From Methanothermus fervidus DSM 2088 (lineage in GTDB: Archaea; Methanobacteriota; Methanobacteria; DSM-2088; Methanothermaceae): DNA of 32,000 nt. Of this stretch, positions 18,339-29,101 are shown piece after piece. Each line of letters opens with the position of its first letter. The stretch's first letter is position 1. Both the position numbers and the translations under genes were made by a program. The notes below the pieces were generated by a model. The model was not told where the DNA came from, searched no databases, and saw only the letters and a program-made list of their open reading frames with translations. The stretch is taken from contig CP002278.1 of the NCBI GenBank assembly GCA_000166095.1, positions 30,001-62,000 of the forward strand, written 5' to 3'.

Positions 18339-20402
18339 TTAGCCTCCTAATCCAAGAGATACTAGTAGAATATCTATCAATTTGATTCCTACAAATGGTG
18401 CTATCAATCCACCGACACCATATATCAGTATGTTACGTATAAGCATTTGTGAAGGTGATAAACCTGGACGCAACCTTACACCTCTTAAGGCAAGAGGGAT
18501 TAATAGTGGTATAATAATTGCATTGAAAATAACAGCAGACAAGACCGCACTTGCAGGCGTTGTAAGACCCATTATATTCAAAACTGCTAGTTCGGGGTAT
18601 TTATGTGAAAATATGGCAGGTAAAATTGCAAAATATTTTGCAACGTCGTTTGTCACACTGAATGTTGTCATTGCACCTCTTGTTATCAATATCTCTTTTC
18701 CTACTTCTACAACTTTTATAATTTTTGATGGAGTGGAATCTAAATCAACCATGTTAGCTGCTTCCTTTGCTGCGGACGTACCTGAGCTCATTGCAATTGC
18801 TACATCTGCTTTTGCAAGAGCTGGCGCATCATTTGTTCCATCTCCTATCATTGCAACTATGTGTCTTTCTTCTTTTGATTCATATTTTTCTACAATTTTT
18901 AATTTGGTTTCAGGTTTAGCATTGGCAATGAAATCATCTACACCTACTTTTTTTGCTATTGCTTTTGCAGTTATTGGATTATCTCCTGTTATCATTATGG
19001 TTTTAATGCCCATTTTTTTCATTAAAGATAATTTATCTTTTACACCTTTCTTTATCACATCTTCAAGTCTTATGATACCTAATGCTCTATGATCATCTGC
19101 CACTAATATGGGTGTTTCACCTCTAGATGAAATTTCTTTAACGATCTTGTCTATTTCATCTTCAGGTAAGTAGCCGCCATTTTTTAAAACGAACTCTTTT
19201 ACAGCATCTATAGCTCCCTTCCTTATTTTACGATTACCAATGTTTACACCACTCATTCTAGTTTCCGGTGTAAATGGAATAAATTTGGCTGTTGGCGGCA
19301 CTTTAATATCATGCCTTATATTTAGTTCTTTTTTTGCTAATTCAACTATGCTTTTCCCTTCTGGTGTTTCATCTGCCAAAGATGCTAATAAAGATGCCCA
19401 AACTAAATCACTTTTTCTTACATTATTTAGTGGTATAAATTCTGTTGCTTTTCTACTTCCATGTGTTATTGTCCCTGTTTTGTCGAGTAACATAACATCT
19501 ACATCGCCTGCCGCTTCAATGGCTCTACCACTCAAAGCAATGACATTATGTTTTAAAAGCCTGTTCATGCCTGCAATCCCTATTGCTGGTAATAATGCTC
19601 CAATTGTTGTAGGCATAAGACACACTAGTAATGATATCAAAACAGGTATTGTGGTTGCAACGCCCATGTAACTTGCAAATGCTGGTAATGTACCAACTAC
19701 AGCAATAAACGTGATTGTTAGACCTATAAGTAACACTTCTAAAGCTTTTTCATTTGGTGTTTTTTCTCTTTCAGCACTTTCTACCATTTTTATCATTCTG
19801 TTAACGAAACTCTCTTCAGGATCAACAGTTATTTTAACTTTTATTTTTCCAGAAAGTACTTTAGTTCCACCAACTACTCCACATCTATCTCCACCAGATT
19901 CCCTAATAACAGGTGTAGATTCGCCAGTTACAGGTGATTCATCTATAAGTGCTTTACCCTCTATTATATCTCCATCCATCGGAATTATATCTTTTTCCTC
20001 GACTAAAACTATATCTCCTTTTTTAAGTTTTGACGCAGGTATTTCTATTATTTTTCCGTTTTCATCTAATTTTTTAGCTAAAACCTCTCTAGTTTTTTTC
20101 AATGATTCTGACCTGGCCTTCCCTTGAATTTCAGCTAATGATTCAGCAAAATTTGCAAATATTACTGTAAACCATAACCATAATGTGATTTGAAGGTTAA
20201 ATAAGAAATTTGTACCTAAAAGCATGTCATGTATTGTTAAAAATGTGGTTATAATTGCCCCAACTTCTACAATAAACATTACAATATTTTTGATCATGAC
20301 AAGTGGATTTAAATTAATAATCGCTTGCTTTAAAGCACTCATCATTAATTCTTTTTGAAACAAGGACTCTTTAGGTAATTTTGTTTTTACCGTCCTAATC
20401 AC
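18339..20402 (-). CDS. kdpB: K+-transporting ATPase subunit B (P-type ATPase)
   Basis: DKTGTITHGSR, DESPVTGESTPVIRE, MIGDGTNDAPALA. The supplied ORF runs to 20447; the best available start is probably GTG at 20400-20402. Confidence 0.93.
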   Translation of the reverse strand: MIRTVKTKLPKESLFQKELMMSALKQAIINLNPLVMIKNIVMFIVEVGAIITTFLTIHDMLLGTNFLFNLQITLWLWFTVIFANFAESLAEIQGKARSESLKKTREVLAKKLDENGKIIEIPASKLKKGDIVLVEEKDIIPMDGDIIEGKALIDESPVTGESTPVIRESGGDRCGVVGGTKVLSGKIKVKITVDPEESFVNRMIKMVESAEREKTPNEKALEVLLIGLTITFIAVVGTLPAFASYMGVATTIPVLISLLVCLMPTTIGALLPAIGIAGMNRLLKHNVIALSGRAIEAAGDVDVMLLDKTGTITHGSRKATEFIPLNNVRKSDLVWASLLASLADETPEGKSIVELAKKELNIRHDIKVPPTAKFIPFTPETRMSGVNIGNRKIRKGAIDAVKEFVLKNGGYLPEDEIDKIVKEISSRGETPILVADDHRALGIIRLEDVIKKGVKDKLSLMKKMGIKTIMITGDNPITAKAIAKKVGVDDFIANAKPETKLKIVEKYESKEERHIVAMIGDGTNDAPALAKADVAIAMSSGTSAAKEAANMVDLDSTPSKIIKVVEVGKEILITRGAMTTFSVTNDVAKYFAILPAIFSHKYPELAVLNIMGLTTPASAVLSAVIFNAIIIPLLIPLALRGVRLRPGLSPSQMLIRNILIYGVGGLIAPFVGIKLIDILLVSLGLGG

Positions 20403-20406
20403 CTCC

Positions 20407-22110
20407 TCACATGAAAACCTTGCCTTCTTGGAGGAATAAATGTTCAAGGCCAGGTCCTAATGTTAATATTGGGAAGAATGTAAGTGCACCAACAATTATT
20501 ATCACAGATATAAGCATTATGACAAAAACTGGGTTTGTTGTTGGAAATGATACTGCTGTTGCAGGTATTTTTCCTTTTTTTGCTAATGCACTTCCTATTG
20601 CGATTCCAGGAATTAGACTTAAATATCTGGCTACTAACATTCCAATGCCTGTTGTTATATTATAGAATAATGTATTGACATTTAATCCTGCAAAAGCAGA
20701 TCCATTGTTGGCATGTGCTGAAAAGTATGCATATAAAATTTCACTTAATCCATGTGCTGAAGGATTACCTAAACTTGATAATCCATATGGAGTTGTTGCT
20801 GCAATTGCAGCAAGGGTTAACATACTAACATTTATTCCAACTATTCCAATTACAGCCATTTTCATTTCAAATATCCCTAATTTTTTTCTCAAGAATTCAG
20901 GAGTTCTTCCTATCATTAAACCTACAATAAACATAGTTAATATTATATAGTAAAGCATGAGAACTAATCCTACACCACATCCACCAAAAATATTGCTTAC
21001 ACCCATGAGAAACATGTACATCATTCCTGTGAGTGGCATGTCACTGTCATGCATATGATTTACAGCGCCACATTCAATTCCAGTTGTTTGTATTCCAAAT
21101 AATACTGAAGGTGTTACACCAAAACGTACTTCTTTACCTTCTAAATTTTCACCTGTAACTCCAATTTTTTCTAATAATGGATTTAGCTTATATTCTGACC
21201 ATAAAGCTAATGCGAGAGCCATTGATATGATTACCATTACTGCAACATAAATTGCAATCCCTTGCCTGCTATTTCTAATTAAGTATCCAAACATGAAAAT
21301 TTGGGCTGCTGGTATTAATGAAAATAACAAGGTTTCTGCAAAGTTTGTATATATATTTGGATTTTCAAAAGGATGTGCAGAATTTGTTCCGAAAAATCCT
21401 CCACCGTTAGTTCCAAGTATTTTAATTGCTTCTTGAGATGCTACAGGGCCCAAAGCTATAATCTGTTTACCACCTTCAAAAGTTTTAGCTGTAATATATG
21501 GACTAAATGTTTGAATTACTCCTTGGGAAATTAAAAACAGTGCAAAAATAATGCATAAAGGTAATAAAACATACAATGTCATTCTTGTAACATCTACCCA
21601 AAAATTACCTATTTTATCAGTATTACTACGTATAAAACCTCTTATAAATGCGAGAAGTGGTGCCATTCCTGCAGCTGCAGAAAGAAAATTATGCACTGTT
21701 AGCCCTATCATCTGTGTCAAGTAACTCATTGTATTTTCTCCTGCATATGCCTGCCAATTAGTATTGGTCATAAAAGAAATTGCAGTATTTAGTGCAGTAT
21801 CCCATCTAACTGGTGGGAACCCCTGTGGATTAAGAGGTAAAAATGCTTGAATTTCTTGTAATAAAAACAATGCTGTCAACATGACTGTATTGAAAATTGT
21901 GAATGCAATGGCATATTCTTTCCAATTCATTTCTCTCTTCTCATCTATATTACATATTTTGTAAATAAAATTCTCTATAGGACGTACAATGGGAGTAATG
22001 AATGTTTTTTTTCCTGTAAAAACTCTTGCCATGTATTTACCTAAAGGCCATGCAAGAAATGTGAGTAATATGTAAAAAGCAATGATGTATGTGATGTTAT
22101 CAGCATTCAT
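20407..22110 (-). CDS. kdpA: K+-transporting ATPase subunit A
   Basis: KdpA-type multi-TM protein (FLTNTNWQAYAGE, GTNGGGFFGTNSAHPFENP, GNPSAHGLSEILYAY). ATG at 22108-22110 (MNADNITY) preceded by GGGGGTGA is a better start than the supplied 22134. Confidence 0.93.
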   Translation of the reverse strand: MNADNITYIIAFYILLTFLAWPLGKYMARVFTGKKTFITPIVRPIENFIYKICNIDEKREMNWKEYAIAFTIFNTVMLTALFLLQEIQAFLPLNPQGFPPVRWDTALNTAISFMTNTNWQAYAGENTMSYLTQMIGLTVHNFLSAAAGMAPLLAFIRGFIRSNTDKIGNFWVDVTRMTLYVLLPLCIIFALFLISQGVIQTFSPYITAKTFEGGKQIIALGPVASQEAIKILGTNGGGFFGTNSAHPFENPNIYTNFAETLLFSLIPAAQIFMFGYLIRNSRQGIAIYVAVMVIISMALALALWSEYKLNPLLEKIGVTGENLEGKEVRFGVTPSVLFGIQTTGIECGAVNHMHDSDMPLTGMMYMFLMGVSNIFGGCGVGLVLMLYYIILTMFIVGLMIGRTPEFLRKKLGIFEMKMAVIGIVGINVSMLTLAAIAATTPYGLSSLGNPSAHGLSEILYAYFSAHANNGSAFAGLNVNTLFYNITTGIGMLVARYLSLIPGIAIGSALAKKGKIPATAVSFPTTNPVFVIMLISVIIIVGALTFFPILTLGPGLEHLFLQEGKVFM

Positions 22111-22352
22111 AAATTTTTCACCCCCTATACACAAGAATGTAAAATGAAAATTGTTAGTTTTTTTCCAGTATTTACTTAAGATCTGGAATATGACTAATTG
22201 ACTATATCCTATATATAGTTTTTGGTAAATTTTGTATCATAAAAAACTTTCGCAAATTTTATAAGGTGTAGAAAATTTTTAAGAAAAATTAAGAACTTTT
22301 CTTTTGTAAAATAAATTTAAGAACAAAATAAACTTGATTTTAATATTTTTAT

Positions 22353-23261
22353 TTATGGTTCTTTAAATATTTTATAAAGAATTGCTTTTTGTGTATGAAG
22401 ACGATTTTCTGCTTGATCCCAGACAACAGAATTTGGACCATCTATAACATCACTGGTTGTTTCTTCACCTCTAACTGCTGGAAGGCAGTGCATAAATATT
22501 GCATCTTCCTTTGCATGACTCATTAGTTTCTTATTAACCTGATATTTTTTAAATGCTTTCAATCTAGTTTTACGTTCATTTTCTTGCCCCATGCTAATCC
22601 ACACATCTGTATAAACAACGTCTGCGCCTTTAACAGCTTCAATGGCATCTGAAGTGATATTTATTTTTGCCCCTGTTTTTTTAGCAATTTTTAATGCCTT
22701 ATTTACGATTTTATTTGAAGGTTCATAACCTTTAGGTGAAGCTACTGAAATATCAATGCCTAATATAGAAGATATCAGAATTAAAGAATTACAAACATTG
22801 TTCCCATCTCCAACAAAAGCCAATTTAATATTAAATCCACCTTTATATTCTTTTATGGTTTGCATGTCTGCAAGTGCCTGACATGGGTGTTCCTCATCTG
22901 TTAAACCATTTATCACAGGAATAGTAGAATGTTTGGCTAGCTCAATAACATCTTTATGTCTGTTTGCTCTAATCATTATTCCATCTACATATCTACTCAT
23001 AACTTTTGCAGTATCTGCTATTAATTCACCTCTTCCTAATTGTAATTCTGAAGAAGGTAAATAGAGAGCATTGCCCCCTAATTGTAACACTGCTACCTCA
23101 AATGAAACTCTAGTCCTTGTTGATGGTTTTTCAAAAATCATTGCAAGGACTTTATCTTTTAAAACTTTTTCTTTTATTTTTCCATTTTTAAACTTTTCAG
23201 CTATGTCTATTAATTCTTCGACTTCATCTTTAATATCACAAACAGATAAAACATGTTTCAT
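22353..23261 (-). CDS. argF: Ornithine carbamoyltransferase
   Basis: 302 aa: EKPSTRTRVSFEVAVLQLGG, MHCLPAVRGEE, DSPN-like DGPNSVVWDQAENRLHTQKA. Confidence 0.92.
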   Translation of the reverse strand: MKHVLSVCDIKDEVEELIDIAEKFKNGKIKEKVLKDKVLAMIFEKPSTRTRVSFEVAVLQLGGNALYLPSSELQLGRGELIADTAKVMSRYVDGIMIRANRHKDVIELAKHSTIPVINGLTDEEHPCQALADMQTIKEYKGGFNIKLAFVGDGNNVCNSLILISSILGIDISVASPKGYEPSNKIVNKALKIAKKTGAKINITSDAIEAVKGADVVYTDVWISMGQENERKTRLKAFKKYQVNKKLMSHAKEDAIFMHCLPAVRGEETTSDVIDGPNSVVWDQAENRLHTQKAILYKIFKEP

Positions 23262-23290
23262 GTTTTCTCCTCCAAAAAAATAAAAAAATG

Positions 23291-24604
23291 TTATTCTTTT
23301 CTTAGGGAATTCATATGTTCAATTCTTTTTTCAATTAATTCACGAGTGCCAATATCTCTCCTATGGTAAACTTTACCTTCAACATAATTAGTTGCTTTTT
23401 CACAAAGTCTTTCAGCCTTGTATATACTATCTCCTTCTGCTACCAATCCTAAAGATCTAGAAGATGTCATGTAAATTTTATTATTTTTCTGAGTTACAGA
23501 TGCATAATACAATTTTACACCTAATTTTGAAATTTCCTTTTCATTTATCTTTATTGGATGACCAGCAAATTTTGTTTTTGGATATCCTTCTGGAACTATA
23601 TATTTACACACAGTTGCTTTTTTTCTAAAATCTGCTTTTTTCAAATTACCATCTACTATTCTCTCACATATTTCTAAAAAACTATCTTTGAGCAATGGTA
23701 AAACATTCATTGCTTCAGGATCACCAAATCTAGCGTTATATTCTACAATTTTTGGACCATCTGCACATAACATAAATTGCCCATATAGTATACCCTTATA
23801 TGGCCCAACTTCTTTGTTTATAGCCTTTAAAGTATTTTTCATTATTTTAACAGCTTTGTTATATTCATCACGTCTTAAAAATGGCAGCAACCCATCTTTA
23901 TCAGAGTATGAACCCATACCTCCAGTTATAGGTCCAGTATCTCCCTCAAAAGCATGTGGATGATCTTGAACTGCAGGCATTGGGACCAATTTTTTACCAT
24001 CACAAAAAGCTTGCAACGTGAATTCTTCACCTAACAATCTTTCTTCAATTATTACTTTTGAATATCCTCCTATTTTATTTTCAATTACTTGTTTAGCATA
24101 TTGCTTGGCTTCTTCATTGTCTTTCAAATGTTCTCCAACAACTTTTACACCTTTTCCACCCGTGAGCCCAACTGGTTTAACAGCTACATCTTTGTCAAAA
24201 TTATCAAGGAATTCACAAACTTCTTCGTAATTATCAAATACGCGGTAAAATACAGAACCTTCTATATCATATTTGTCAAATAATTTTCGCATGAAAAACT
24301 TATTTGTTTCTATTTTTGCAGCATCTTTGGTAGGACCAACACAATCTATCCCGGCCTTCATCAATTCATCAACAATTCCTTTTTCTAGAGGAGATTCCGG
24401 TCCTATGACTGCAATGTCTATGTTATTTTTTAAAGCAAAGTCTCTAATTTTTTCTACATTGTTTTCATCCATTATTTTATATTCTGAAATTCGTGCTATC
24501 CCCGGATTTAAATTGCTCATAACAGAATAAATCTCTGCTTCTCCATGTAACGATTCACATATTACATGTTCTCGTGCTCCACCACCAACTACTAGTACTT
24601 TCAT
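23291..24604 (-). CDS. purD: Phosphoribosylamine-glycine ligase
   Basis: [62 protein letters not shown]. True start likely ATG at 24602-24604, preceded by AAGGAGG; the supplied ORF is extended upstream. Confidence 0.94.
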   Translation of the reverse strand: MKVLVVGGGAREHVICESLHGEAEIYSVMSNLNPGIARISEYKIMDENNVEKIRDFALKNNIDIAVIGPESPLEKGIVDELMKAGIDCVGPTKDAAKIETNKFFMRKLFDKYDIEGSVFYRVFDNYEEVCEFLDNFDKDVAVKPVGLTGGKGVKVVGEHLKDNEEAKQYAKQVIENKIGGYSKVIIEERLLGEEFTLQAFCDGKKLVPMPAVQDHPHAFEGDTGPITGGMGSYSDKDGLLPFLRRDEYNKAVKIMKNTLKAINKEVGPYKGILYGQFMLCADGPKIVEYNARFGDPEAMNVLPLLKDSFLEICERIVDGNLKKADFRKKATVCKYIVPEGYPKTKFAGHPIKINEKEISKLGVKLYYASVTQKNNKIYMTSSRSLGLVAEGDSIYKAERLCEKATNYVEGKVYHRRDIGTRELIEKRIEHMNSLRKE

Positions 24605-24671
24605 GAACATAACCTCCTTATATATAATTATAAACTTAAGGATTAATAAGGCATGAAACAGAGGTGTCAGC

Positions 24672-26393
24672 ATGAATGGAGGGGAAGCATTAGTCAAATC
24701 ATTGATTGACCAGGGTACAAAAATTGTTTTTGGATACCCTGGCGGAGCAGTTTTACCTCTATATGATGTAATATTTGATTCAGAGTTGGAACATATATTA
24801 GTTAGGCATGAACAATGTGCGGCACATGCAGCAGATGGTTATGCTCGTGCCTCAGGTAAAGTAGGAGTATGTATAGCCACTTCAGGCCCTGGTGCAACAA
24901 ATTTAGTTACAGGTATAGCTACAGCATATATGGATTCTTCACCTATTATAGCTATTACTGGACAAGTTCCAACAAACATGATAGGTAACGATGCATTTCA
25001 AGAAGTTGATATAATAGGAATAACAATGCCAATTACTAAACACAGTTTTAGGCCAAATCATCCTGATGAAATACCTCCAATTATACGTTCTGCATTCAAG
25101 TTAGCATCAACAGGTAGACCAGGGCCAATTGTAATAGATTTACCAAAAGATATTCAAGAAGGAGAATTAAGTAAATATCAGGACAAGGGATTAGAATTAC
25201 CAGGTTATAACCCAACAATAGAAGGTCATCCACTACAAGTGAAAAGAGCTGCCGAAGCTATATGTAAATCTGAAAGGCCAATCATTCTGGCAGGTGGGGG
25301 AGTTATAATATCCAATGCTTCAGAAGAAATAAAAACTCTTTCAAGAATTATTAATGCTCCAGTTACAACGACATTACTAGGTAAAGGAGCTATACCTGAA
25401 GATGACCCTATGTCTATAGGAATGTTAGGCATGCACGGAAGAAAAGTAGCAAATTTAGCTGTAAATGAATCTGATTGTATTATTGCAGTAGGATGTAGAT
25501 TTTCAGACCGTACAACTGGCGATGTAAATAAATTTGCACCTAATGCTAAAATAATACACATAGACATTGATCCTGCAGAAATTTCAAAAAATATAGAAGC
25601 AGATATTCCAATTGTAGGCGATGCAAAAACAGTCTTAAGACAAATAATAAATTGTTTAAAAAACAAAAAAGTTAATCCAGCCACTAAAAAATGGTTAAAT
25701 GAAATAATTCAAAATAAAGAAAAATATAAACCTAAAATGGATTTTGAATCCATACCTTTAAAGCCACAAAGAGTTGTAAAAGAACTTTCTGAAGCAATTA
25801 ATAAAGACACTATAATAACAGCAGATGTTGGTCAAAATCAAATGTGGATGGCACACTTCTTTAATGCAAGAGGCCCAAGAACATTTATTTCGTCAGGTGG
25901 ATTAGGCACAATGGGATTTGGATTTCCGGCAGCTTTAGGTGCAAAGGTAGCAAAACCTGAAAACAGTGTTGTTGCTGTTTGTGGCGATGGTGGATTTTTA
26001 ATGACTTGTCAAGATTTAGCAACTATAAGGGAATATGATATTCCATTGGTTATTTGCATAATGGACAACAGATATTTAGGTATGGTTGCACAATGGCAAA
26101 AATTGTTTTATGATAGAAGGTTATCTCATTCTTATTTAGGTGAAGTTCCAGATTTCGTAGAGCTAGCAGAATCTTTTAAAATCAATGCTGAACGTGTAGA
26201 AAAACCTGGAGAAGTTAAAGAAGCTGTGAAACATGCAATTAAGTCAGGAGAACCTACTGTATTAGATATCATAATCGACCCCGAGGAAATATTACCAATG
26301 GTTCCACCAGGTCATGGATTAACAGAAATAATCGGAGAAAAAGAAAATTTTAAAAAAACTAGTGAAAAAGAAAGTAAAAAGGTAAGGGCGTGA
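24672..26393 (+). CDS. ilvB: Acetolactate synthase large subunit
   Basis: 573 aa: [56 protein letters not shown]. Confidence 0.95.
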   Translation: MNGGEALVKSLIDQGTKIVFGYPGGAVLPLYDVIFDSELEHILVRHEQCAAHAADGYARASGKVGVCIATSGPGATNLVTGIATAYMDSSPIIAITGQVPTNMIGNDAFQEVDIIGITMPITKHSFRPNHPDEIPPIIRSAFKLASTGRPGPIVIDLPKDIQEGELSKYQDKGLELPGYNPTIEGHPLQVKRAAEAICKSERPIILAGGGVIISNASEEIKTLSRIINAPVTTTLLGKGAIPEDDPMSIGMLGMHGRKVANLAVNESDCIIAVGCRFSDRTTGDVNKFAPNAKIIHIDIDPAEISKNIEADIPIVGDAKTVLRQIINCLKNKKVNPATKKWLNEIIQNKEKYKPKMDFESIPLKPQRVVKELSEAINKDTIITADVGQNQMWMAHFFNARGPRTFISSGGLGTMGFGFPAALGAKVAKPENSVVAVCGDGGFLMTCQDLATIREYDIPLVICIMDNRYLGMVAQWQKLFYDRRLSHSYLGEVPDFVELAESFKINAERVEKPGEVKEAVKHAIKSGEPTVLDIIIDPEEILPMVPPGHGLTEIIGEKENFKKTSEKESKKVRA

Positions 26394-26398
26394 TTTAG

Positions 26399-26890
26399 AT
26401 GCGTACTCATACAATATCTGCGTTGGTAGAACATAAACCAGGAGTTTTACAAAGAATATCTGGTTTATTTACTAGAAGAGGTTATAATATTGAAAGCATA
26501 ACAGTGGGAGAATCTGAAAATCCAGAGTTGGCAAGAATGACTATAATAGTTAAAGGAGATGAAAAAGTATTAGAACAAATCACAAAACAATTAAATAAGC
26601 TTGTAGACGTTATAAAAGTTAGAGATTTAGATCCAAAAACTACAGTGATGAGAGAATTATGTTTAATAAAAGTACATGCACCTGATGAATCTTCACGTTC
26701 AGAAGTAATACAATATGCTAATATATTTAGAGGTAGAATAGTTGATGTAAGTCCTGAAACATTGACAGTAGAAGTCACAGGGGATCCTGAAAAGATAAAT
26801 GCATTAATTTCTTTATTAGAATCTTTTGGTATAAAAGAATTGGCTAGAACAGGCCCTACTGCTATTTCAAGAGGTAAAAAAACTATATAA
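26399..26890 (+). CDS. ilvN: Acetolactate synthase small subunit (ACT domain)
   Basis: 163 aa: [33 protein letters not shown]. Confidence 0.94.
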   Translation: MRTHTISALVEHKPGVLQRISGLFTRRGYNIESITVGESENPELARMTIIVKGDEKVLEQITKQLNKLVDVIKVRDLDPKTTVMRELCLIKVHAPDESSRSEVIQYANIFRGRIVDVSPETLTVEVTGDPEKINALISLLESFGIKELARTGPTAISRGKKTI

Positions 26891-26904
26891 AAGGAGGGAT
26901 CATC

Positions 26905-27891
26905 ATGAAAATTTATCATGAAAAGGATATAGATATGGGAGTACTTGAGGATAAAACTATTGCAGTAATTGGATATGGTAGTCAAGGTAGAGCACAGGCA
27001 TTAAATATGCGTGATAGTGGGTTAAATGTAATAGTTGGTGTTAGAAAAGATGGTAAGTCATGGAATATCGCCAAAAATGATGGTATGGAAGTAACAACAA
27101 TTGAAGATGCTTCCAAGAGGGCTGACATTGTTCATGTTTTAATACCTGATGAAGTTCAACCAAAAGTTTATGAAAAATACATAAAATCAGGACTTGAAGA
27201 TGGAAACACTCTTTCATTTTCTCATGGATATAATATTCATTTTAAAAACATAATTCCTCCTAAGAACGTAAATGTTACAATGATAGCTCCTAAAGGACCG
27301 GGAGCAATGGTACGACGTACTTATAAAGAAGGATTTGGAATTCCAGCATTAGTCGCCGTTGAAGTAGATGTAACAGGAGATGCGTTAGATCAAGCACTTG
27401 CAATGGGTAAAGCATGTGGCTTTGCTAGGGCAGGTATATTAAGAACGACGTTCAAAGAAGAAACAGAAACAGATTTGTTTGGTGAACAGGTTGTATTATG
27501 TGGTGGTGTAACTGAACTTATAAAAGCAGCGTTTGATACTTTAGTTGAGGCTGGTTATCAACCAGAAATAGCTTATTTTGAGACATGCCATGAACTCAAG
27601 TTAATAATAGATTTAATATATGAAAAGGGATTGACAGGAATGTGGAAAAACGTAAGTAATACTGCAGAGTATGGAGGTTTAACAAGAAGAGAAAGAGTTA
27701 TATCCCAAGAAGTACGCAATGAAATGAAGAAAATACTCAAAGAAATACAAAAAGGTGAATTTGCAAGAGAGTGGGCATTAGAAAATCAAGTTGGTAGACC
27801 CGTCCTCAAGCGACTAAGAGAGATTGAAAAAGAATTAAAAATAGAAAAAGTAGGATCAAAACTTAGAAAACTCTGTGGATTAGAAAAGTAG
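26905..27891 (+). CDS. ilvC: Ketol-acid reductoisomerase
   Basis: 328 aa: [60 protein letters not shown] upstream. Confidence 0.95.
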   Translation: MKIYHEKDIDMGVLEDKTIAVIGYGSQGRAQALNMRDSGLNVIVGVRKDGKSWNIAKNDGMEVTTIEDASKRADIVHVLIPDEVQPKVYEKYIKSGLEDGNTLSFSHGYNIHFKNIIPPKNVNVTMIAPKGPGAMVRRTYKEGFGIPALVAVEVDVTGDALDQALAMGKACGFARAGILRTTFKEETETDLFGEQVVLCGGVTELIKAAFDTLVEAGYQPEIAYFETCHELKLIIDLIYEKGLTGMWKNVSNTAEYGGLTRRERVISQEVRNEMKKILKEIQKGEFAREWALENQVGRPVLKRLREIEKELKIEKVGSKLRKLCGLEK

Positions 27892-27898
27892 GTGGAAT

Positions 27899-28885
27899 AT
27901 GGTATTTGTTGGTATGGATCATGGTACAACTGGTATTTCTTTTGCTATTTTAAATTTTGATGAATTTAAATATTTTAAATTACGTAGAGATTTACTTTCA
28001 AAAGGTAAAATTTCGGCATTGGAAGAACTTTCAAAAAGAGTAGATTTAGATGAAATAAAATTAATGGCAGTCACATATGCTATGGGTGATGGAATAAATA
28101 AAATTCAATCATTAGATAAAGTTGAAAATCGTGGCATATTATCAATTAAAGGTGCAGGAAAAGTAACTGGTGGTGGAACAAAAGTATTTGATGAAATAAA
28201 AAATTCTAAGATACCTGCAATATTGATACCAGGTATTCATCGAAGGCTCCCATGCTTAGATGAAAGATTTAAAGCTGCATATTCTCATCATGCAAGCGCA
28301 GAAAAAGTTAGTATTTGTTATAATGCATATCTAGAGACTGGTTGGAAAAACATGATTGTCAGCGATATAAGTTCTAACACTGTCAGTATATTATTACAAG
28401 ATGGTAAGATAAAGGGTGGAATAGATGCATGTCTAGGTGCTATGGGTGTAATTCATGGCCCTTTAGATCTTGAAATGATTCGTAAAATCGATAGTGGAAT
28501 TAAAACTGCCAATGAATGTTTTTCGCAAGCTGGTGCAATTAAAATAGCAAAAATAAATACAAAAGTGTATCTTGCAAAAGATGAATTATGGAAAAGATTT
28601 AAAAAAGGCGATAAAAGAGCAAAATTAGCAATTGAAACGATGAAGATGACAATTGAAATGGAAATACATGGATTAGCAGGAATATCTGATGAACTAGATG
28701 GAATAGTGTTGACAGGTTCTATGGTTGATTACAAAGAATTCTATAATTCTTTAAAAGATAAATTAAATGATTTAGCACCTGTAAAAAGGCTTTCAGCAGC
28801 CTCAGGTTGTGTAGGTAGTGCTCAAATAGCAAGAGATGTTTACAATGGAAAGAGAAATATATTAGGTATAGAAGTTGATCTCTAA
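27899..28885 (+). CDS. Methanogenesis marker protein 12 family (BadF/ASKHA-like fold)
   Basis: 328 aa: MDHGTTGISFAIL, VTYAMGDGINKI, GTKVFDEIKNS, IPGIHR, HHASAEKVSICYNAY. Family assignment from sequence resemblance recalled from methanogen genomes. Confidence 0.75.
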   Translation: MVFVGMDHGTTGISFAILNFDEFKYFKLRRDLLSKGKISALEELSKRVDLDEIKLMAVTYAMGDGINKIQSLDKVENRGILSIKGAGKVTGGGTKVFDEIKNSKIPAILIPGIHRRLPCLDERFKAAYSHHASAEKVSICYNAYLETGWKNMIVSDISSNTVSILLQDGKIKGGIDACLGAMGVIHGPLDLEMIRKIDSGIKTANECFSQAGAIKIAKINTKVYLAKDELWKRFKKGDKRAKLAIETMKMTIEMEIHGLAGISDELDGIVLTGSMVDYKEFYNSLKDKLNDLAPVKRLSAASGCVGSAQIARDVYNGKRNILGIEVDL

Positions 28886-29079
28886 TCTGGTTTTGATATT
28901 AACATCACTTTACTACCTTTGATAAATTGTATACCTTCCTCTGTCTCTATAACTGTATTAAAGTAATTATCTATTGCAATTATTCTTCCTTTCATTTCTT
29001 CATTATTTTTAAGAATTATTAAAACTTCTTTATCTTTAAATTTTAAAAATTTAGGATCAACATAAAATTCGTTTTCCAT
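28882..29079 (-). CDS. Sm/LSm-like RNA-binding protein
   Basis: 65 aa: FLKFKDKEVLIILKNNEEMKGRIIAIDNYFNTVIE...IKGSKVMLI (Sm1/Sm2 pattern). Confidence 0.85.
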   Translation of the reverse strand: MENEFYVDPKFLKFKDKEVLIILKNNEEMKGRIIAIDNYFNTVIETEEGIQFIKGSKVMLISKPD

Positions 29080-29101
29080 ATTTTTACACCTTTTAGGCAG
29101 A

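Noticed and set aside
24605-24697. N-terminal extension of PurD in the supplied ORF ([10 protein letters not shown]...)
   Set aside because: It overlaps ilvB, and a canonical AAGGAGG precedes the ATG at 24602-24604 that matches the usual PurD N-terminus.
28882-28885. 4-nt convergent overlap of marker 12 and LSm stop regions
   Set aside because: Ordinary in compact archaeal genomes; no additional signal.
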